In this document: piece after piece, positions 60,027 to 64,000 of the stretch
Position numbering within the stretch: position 1 is the first letter of the stretch
Layout: each line of letters opens with the position of its first letter
Position numbers and translations under genes: made by a program
Assembly (NCBI GenBank): GCA_013695765.1
Contig: JACCZW010000103.1
Location: forward strand, 9,781 to 73,780
DNA length: 64,000 nucleotides
From: Gammaproteobacteria bacterium
Lineage (GTDB): Bacteria > Pseudomonadota > Gammaproteobacteria > JACCYU01
Reading direction: 5' to 3'
The notes under the pieces: generated by a model
Database searches by the model: none
What the model saw: only the letters and a program-made list of their open reading frames with translations
Told to the model about the DNA's origin: nothing

Positions 60027-61244
60027 TCAACGCCGCGAGGGCCGCTTGATACGTCGTGTCTTTGCGGGTTTGATATTCTTGGGACCGGTGTCATGCGCGA
60101 CGTGGTCGGCGGTCTCGATCAGGTAGCGCGCGATCCGTTGCGGCGTAACGTGCCGGTCGAAGTACGCCACGGACGCCTCGCGCACCGACGCCGCACGATC
60201 CACATCGTGTACCAGCGCCATGACTGTGTCGGAGATACATTCGTAATCGCCGATAGCGGGTAGCGATTCGTCCTGATCGATGCCGATTTCGCAGTTGACG
60301 AATTCGCGGCCCGAGCGCATCGGCACCGGCCACTGCGTGTAAGCCGCGCGGTCGCAAACCGTACACGCGCCCATCGCCAGATGATCGATCATGCGCCACG
60401 ACACGCACAGGTGCTTGCCGGGCCGCAGAAACGCCACGCGCGCTGCCGAAGTCGCGGCCCACAGCTCATCGACGGTGATGTTGGTTTCCGTCACGTGCAC
60501 GCCGCAGTTGACCAGTCGATCGATATACGGTTTTGGCAATTGACCTTCGTGTGCGCGTGGCACGATCGCGCGCAGCAACGAACGGATTTTGAGCGGCGCC
60601 AGCGTCTCGAACAGCCGCACCAGATGCTCCACCGGATGCCAGTGGGTGGGCCCCGGCACGCTGGGCCACAACTTCGCGATAAACACGAGGTCCAGATGCC
60701 TGGGATAATCCCTGAGCGCCACTAGCCTATCGATGCGCGCCTGCGTAGGCGCGCCGTTGCCGGTAACCAGCCCGCGCACCTTTTCGCTGTAGTCCAGATT
60801 CGGCCAGCGATTGACCTTGAAATAGACCTCCGCCCAGTCGTGCGCCTCCGGGTCGCGAATGCCGCGCCCGTCGTGCTGGTCGATCGCAACCCGCACCGGC
60901 TCGGCGCGTGTGGGAAGATCGAACAGATAGCGCGCCACGTGGTTGGCCTTATCCTCGCGCTGTCTGGCCTGCCGGCCGGCATAATATTCCCAGGCCCGTG
61001 AAGCGCCCGGCCAGTTGCGCTCCAGCGCCCAGGCGAAGCGCCTGTCGGCTGTATCCGCGTAGCTGAATTCCAGTCTCGGGATCGCGCGCAGGCCGATCAG
61101 ATAATAGCGCTGGTACAAATGCCAGGTGGCCGGGCGGCGCGCACGTCCGCCGAGCAGCGACACCCTCACAGGTTTGACCTTGCTGATGCGTCCGTGATTT
61201 TGCAACTTTACATCCAATGTCGGTTCGCGCTTTGCGGTCGCCAT
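60027..61244 (-). CDS. Hypothetical protein, possibly glycosyltransferase-like
   Basis: The long ORF has its start trimmed to MATAKREPTL. A weak GT1-like C-terminus (SWRMIDHLAMGACTV) is present. Confidence 0.3.
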   Translation of the reverse strand: MATAKREPTLDVKLQNHGRISKVKPVRVSLLGGRARRPATWHLYQRYYLIGLRAIPRLEFSYADTADRRFAWALERNWPGASRAWEYYAGRQARQREDKANHVARYLFDLPTRAEPVRVAIDQHDGRGIRDPEAHDWAEVYFKVNRWPNLDYSEKVRGLVTGNGAPTQARIDRLVALRDYPRHLDLVFIAKLWPSVPGPTHWHPVEHLVRLFETLAPLKIRSLLRAIVPRAHEGQLPKPYIDRLVNCGVHVTETNITVDELWAATSAARVAFLRPGKHLCVSWRMIDHLAMGACTVCDRAAYTQWPVPMRSGREFVNCEIGIDQDESLPAIGDYECISDTVMALVHDVDRAASVREASVAYFDRHVTPQRIARYLIETADHVAHDTGPKNIKPAKTRRIKRPSRR

Positions 61245-61455
61245 TAGGCCACCGCGCAAGTTTCTTTTGAGAGAACGATGTTCTACTACATCAGATATTT
61301 CGCGGCAGTCAATATTTAACCAATTCCGGAGTTGGCCCTGGCGGAGACTCACGTGAGTTAGTGGCGCGGGACAGCGCCGCCGCTTAGTCTTTATAGTGGC
61401 ACGCCAGACGCCGACCCAAACGAGCCTGACAAGAATAACCCGAAGAGGACAAAAA

Positions 61456-62793
61456 TTGAACAACGACCATTTCGACACCCCCGGCTTCCGCAACGCCGCA
61501 CCCTACATCAACGCTCATCGCGAGCGCATTTTTGTCATCGCCTTCGGCGGCGAGGCGATCGCGGATGCCGATTTTTCCAGCCTGATTCACGACCTCGCCC
61601 TGCTGCACAGCCTGGGTGTCAAACTCGTGATCGTGCACGGCGCACGCCCACAGATCGAGGCCCGGCTTAAGTCTGCCGGTGTAGAGATGCAGTATCACCA
61701 GGGGCTGCGTGTTACCGATGCGGCCGCGTTGACCGCGGTGAAAGAAGCGGCCGGCTGCGTGCGGGTGGAGATCGAGGCCAGGCTTTCGGCCGGTCTCGCC
61801 AACACACCCATGTCCGGCATGCGACTGCGCGTGGTGTCCGGCAACTTCGTGACCGCGCGTCCGCTGGGGGTGCGCGACGGGATCGACTTCGCGTACACCG
61901 GCGAGGTGCGCAAGATCGATGTGGACGGTATTCGCCAGCAGCTCGACCGGCACAACCTGGTGTTGCTGTCGCCGCTGGGATTTTCGCCGACAGGCGAAGT
62001 TTTTAATTTGTCCGCGGCGGACGTGGCCACCATGACCGCCGCGTCGCTGCCGGCCGACAAACTGATTTTCCTCACCGAAGACTCAGGCTTGCGCAACGGC
62101 CAGCGCAAGGCAGTGCGGCAACTCAATCTCGCGCAGGCGCAGGCATTGCTTGTTAGTAAACGGCGCTTAAGCGAAGAAACGCGCCGCGATATGGAAGGCG
62201 CGGTCAGCGCCTGCTTAAACGGCGTGCGGCGCGTGCATCTGGTCAACCGGCGCATCGACGGCGCGCTGCTCAAGGAGCTTTATACGCGCGACGGCGCCGG
62301 CACGCTCATTACCGCGGAGGCTTACGAGGGGCAGCGCGAGGCGGTGATCGACGACGTCGGCGGCATTCTGGAACTGATCGCGCCGCTGGAGCAGTCAAGC
62401 GCGCTGGTGCGCCGTTCGCGCGAACAACTGGAGTTGGAAATCCAGCGCTTCGACGTGCTCGAACGCGACGGCATGATCATAGGGTGCGCAGCACTTTATC
62501 CGTCCGCCGACGAGGGCTTTGGCGAAATCGCGTGCCTGGCGGTGCATCCGCGCTATCGCGCCGAGGGGCGCGGCGAGATGCTGCTCGCTCAGCTCGAACG
62601 AAAAGCGACCGGGATGGACTTAAAACAACTGTTCGTGCTCACCACACAGACCGCGCACTGGTTTCTGGAACGCGGTTTTCACGAGGGCACGATAAAGACC
62701 CTGCCGCTCAAGCGGCGCGACTTGTACAACTATCAGCGCAACTCGAAGATTTTCTACAAAGCTCTAATAAAAGACGATCTATCGAAAAGCTGA
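61456..62793 (+). CDS. argA: Amino-acid N-acetyltransferase (N-acetylglutamate synthase)
   Basis: FRNAAPYINAHRERIFVIAFGGEAIADADFSSLIHDLALLHSLGVKLVIVHGARPQIE matches E. coli ArgA. The TTG start at 61456 was chosen by alignment, and the upstream extension in the ORF track is probably spurious. Confidence 0.85.
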   Translation: MNNDHFDTPGFRNAAPYINAHRERIFVIAFGGEAIADADFSSLIHDLALLHSLGVKLVIVHGARPQIEARLKSAGVEMQYHQGLRVTDAAALTAVKEAAGCVRVEIEARLSAGLANTPMSGMRLRVVSGNFVTARPLGVRDGIDFAYTGEVRKIDVDGIRQQLDRHNLVLLSPLGFSPTGEVFNLSAADVATMTAASLPADKLIFLTEDSGLRNGQRKAVRQLNLAQAQALLVSKRRLSEETRRDMEGAVSACLNGVRRVHLVNRRIDGALLKELYTRDGAGTLITAEAYEGQREAVIDDVGGILELIAPLEQSSALVRRSREQLELEIQRFDVLERDGMIIGCAALYPSADEGFGEIACLAVHPRYRAEGRGEMLLAQLERKATGMDLKQLFVLTTQTAHWFLERGFHEGTIKTLPLKRRDLYNYQRNSKIFYKALIKDDLSKS

Positions 62794-62854
62794 TCAACGC
62801 CCGCGTTCGACGTCTGCCGGCTAACAGAGCGCACGCTGCGGACCAGCGCATGCG

Positions 62855-63523
62855 CTAATCCGGGCGCTTGCGCGCGAGCGTCAACCCGTCGCCGATAGGC
62901 ACCAGGCTTATCGAGACGCGCTTATCGTCGTAGAGCCGCTCGTTGAAGCGCCGGATCGCCTCGGTTTCGGAATCCGTTTTGTCGGACTCTGCGACCGAAC
63001 CGCCCCACAAGGTGTTGTCCACCGCGACGAGACCGCCCGGACGCATTAACTCCAGGCAGCGTTCGTAATAATGCTGATAATTCTCCTTGTCCGCGTCGAT
63101 AAACGCGAAGTCGAAAGTCCCGGCCGCGGCTTGCGCCAGCAGCGCATCCAGTGTCTCAAGCGCCGGGCGCAGGCGCAGATCGATTCTGTCCGCAATCCCC
63201 GCTTCCGTCCAGTAGCGTCGCGCGATGTCCGTCCATTCCACGCTGGTATCGCAGCAGATCAGCCGCCCGTCAGCGGGCATCGCCCTGGCCACCCACAGCG
63301 CGCTGTAACCGGTGTAGGTACCGATCTCGATTGCGCGCCGCGCGCCCAGTAATTTCACCAGCAGCGTCATAAACTGCCCCTGCTCCGGCGCAATCTGCAT
63401 GCCGCCGGACGAATCCTGGGCCGTCTCCTCGCGCAGCCGCGCGAGCAGCGGCGGCTCACGCACGGACACAGCCAGCAGATATTCGTAAATGCGGTCGTTG
63501 ATTTCGATGGTGCGGTTGGACAT
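62855..63523 (-). CDS. Class I SAM-dependent O-methyltransferase (family 3, caffeoyl-CoA OMT-like)
   Basis: IEIGTYTGYSALWVA…FDFAFIDADKENYQHYYE. Confidence 0.8.
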   Translation of the reverse strand: MSNRTIEINDRIYEYLLAVSVREPPLLARLREETAQDSSGGMQIAPEQGQFMTLLVKLLGARRAIEIGTYTGYSALWVARAMPADGRLICCDTSVEWTDIARRYWTEAGIADRIDLRLRPALETLDALLAQAAAGTFDFAFIDADKENYQHYYERCLELMRPGGLVAVDNTLWGGSVAESDKTDSETEAIRRFNERLYDDKRVSISLVPIGDGLTLARKRPD

Positions 63524-63779
63524 CACTCTCCCAGGGGGATACGAGGTTACTTCAGTACGGAAATATGGCGTTGCTCCCGCGCAATGGCACGTAGGCAGCA
63601 CGATCGTGCGCGGTGAGCGCCAAGCTGCGGGCGCTAGGATCGCGCGCCCTGTCGGCCAGCGCAAGGCATGACAATGCGTTTATCCCGGCAGGCGCCGGGC
63701 CCGCAATGCCAAGGCGTCGGGATGCCATTCTTTTGTTGTGGGTTACAAACACGGATAACGCGTTCTAGAATGTCTCGCC

Positions 63780-64000
63780 ATGCGAAGTGATTGGGAAGAA
63801 TCGTTCCGCCGCCAGATCAGCCTGCCGGACGATAATGTGGATCTGCTGCGCGCGGCCCTGTTGATCGGCGCGGATGAGTATCTCAATCTGGATGTGGCGC
63901 ACCATGTGGCCACGCTCGACGCCTGGGCACAAGAGATCGGCGGGCGCGTGGCACCGGGGACGGATGAGCAGATTCGGATTAGGCAACTGAACAAATTCCT
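63780..64000 (+). CDS. SirB1/transglutaminase-like family protein (N-terminal part, runs off the window)
   Basis: DNVDLLRAALLIGADEYLNLDVAHHVATLDAWAQEI resembles the YchA/SirB1 N-terminus. Confidence 0.55.
   Translation, partial: MRSDWEESFRRQISLPDDNVDLLRAALLIGADEYLNLDVAHHVATLDAWAQEIGGRVAPGTDEQIRIRQLNKF

Noticed and set aside
1-64000. CRISPR arrays, rRNA genes, integrase or transposase genes
   Set aside because: No regularly spaced repeat-spacer arrays, no rRNA-like conserved stretches and no recombinase-like ORFs were seen. The accessory islands lack an obvious mobility gene within the window.

Overview
This 64 kb window is a high-GC (~63%) chromosomal segment, probably from a proteobacterium, made of housekeeping genes interrupted by several lower-GC accessory patches. 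From 5' to 3' the content is as follows. (1) A polysaccharide locus: a partial gmd, a GT4 glycosyltransferase, a LuxR-type regulator, a Uma2 endonuclease and a YjbH/GfcD-like outer-membrane protein. (2) A low-GC island carrying four adjacent toxin-antitoxin-like pairs: HigB-like/HTH-XRE, RHH/VapC, DUF433/DUF5615 and DUF4258/DUF2283. One pair sits between ~75 bp direct repeats. (3) A SAM methyltransferase and an arsR-arsC-acr3 arsenic operon. (4) An iron/copper-type cluster: DUF1111 di-heme protein, imelysin, a porin-like protein and a choice-of-anchor-I protein. (5) A caa3-type cytochrome oxidase operon (CtaC-cytochrome c fusion, CtaD I+III fusion, CtaG, tri-heme cytochrome c) followed by a Crp/Fnr regulator. 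(6) A small stress-protein cluster (YeaQ/GlsB, DUF883, CsbD). (7) A cytochrome c peroxidase, an arsR-like remnant, a catalase-related (mini-catalase) gene paired with a phytase-like beta-propeller gene, and a decayed formate-dehydrogenase remnant (2Fe-2S stub plus FdhD tail). (8) An amino-acid permease, the panDCB genes, a deoxynucleoside kinase, folK, pcnB, tRNA-Glu(CTC), a NUDIX hydrolase, hslR, ycgN, htpG, a Cys-rich tandem-repeat secreted protein, the rpsP-rimM-trmD-rplS operon, ffh, ypjD and radA. (9) A ~3 kb lower-GC island encoding an uncharacterised three-gene operon (two unknown proteins plus an MBL-fold hydrolase). This is the best candidate for a previously undescribed system, possibly phage defence or effector-immunity. 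(10) fae, ynfA, DUF3465, a CDF transporter, a HAD hydrolase, argA, an O-methyltransferase and a partial SirB1-like gene. A REP-like dispersed repeat family (GTCATT[CG][TC]GAG...CGAAG) recurs at seven or more intergenic sites. Several genes are broken by single-base indels in short C/G runs, which looks more like assembly error than real decay. No CRISPR array or rRNA was seen.
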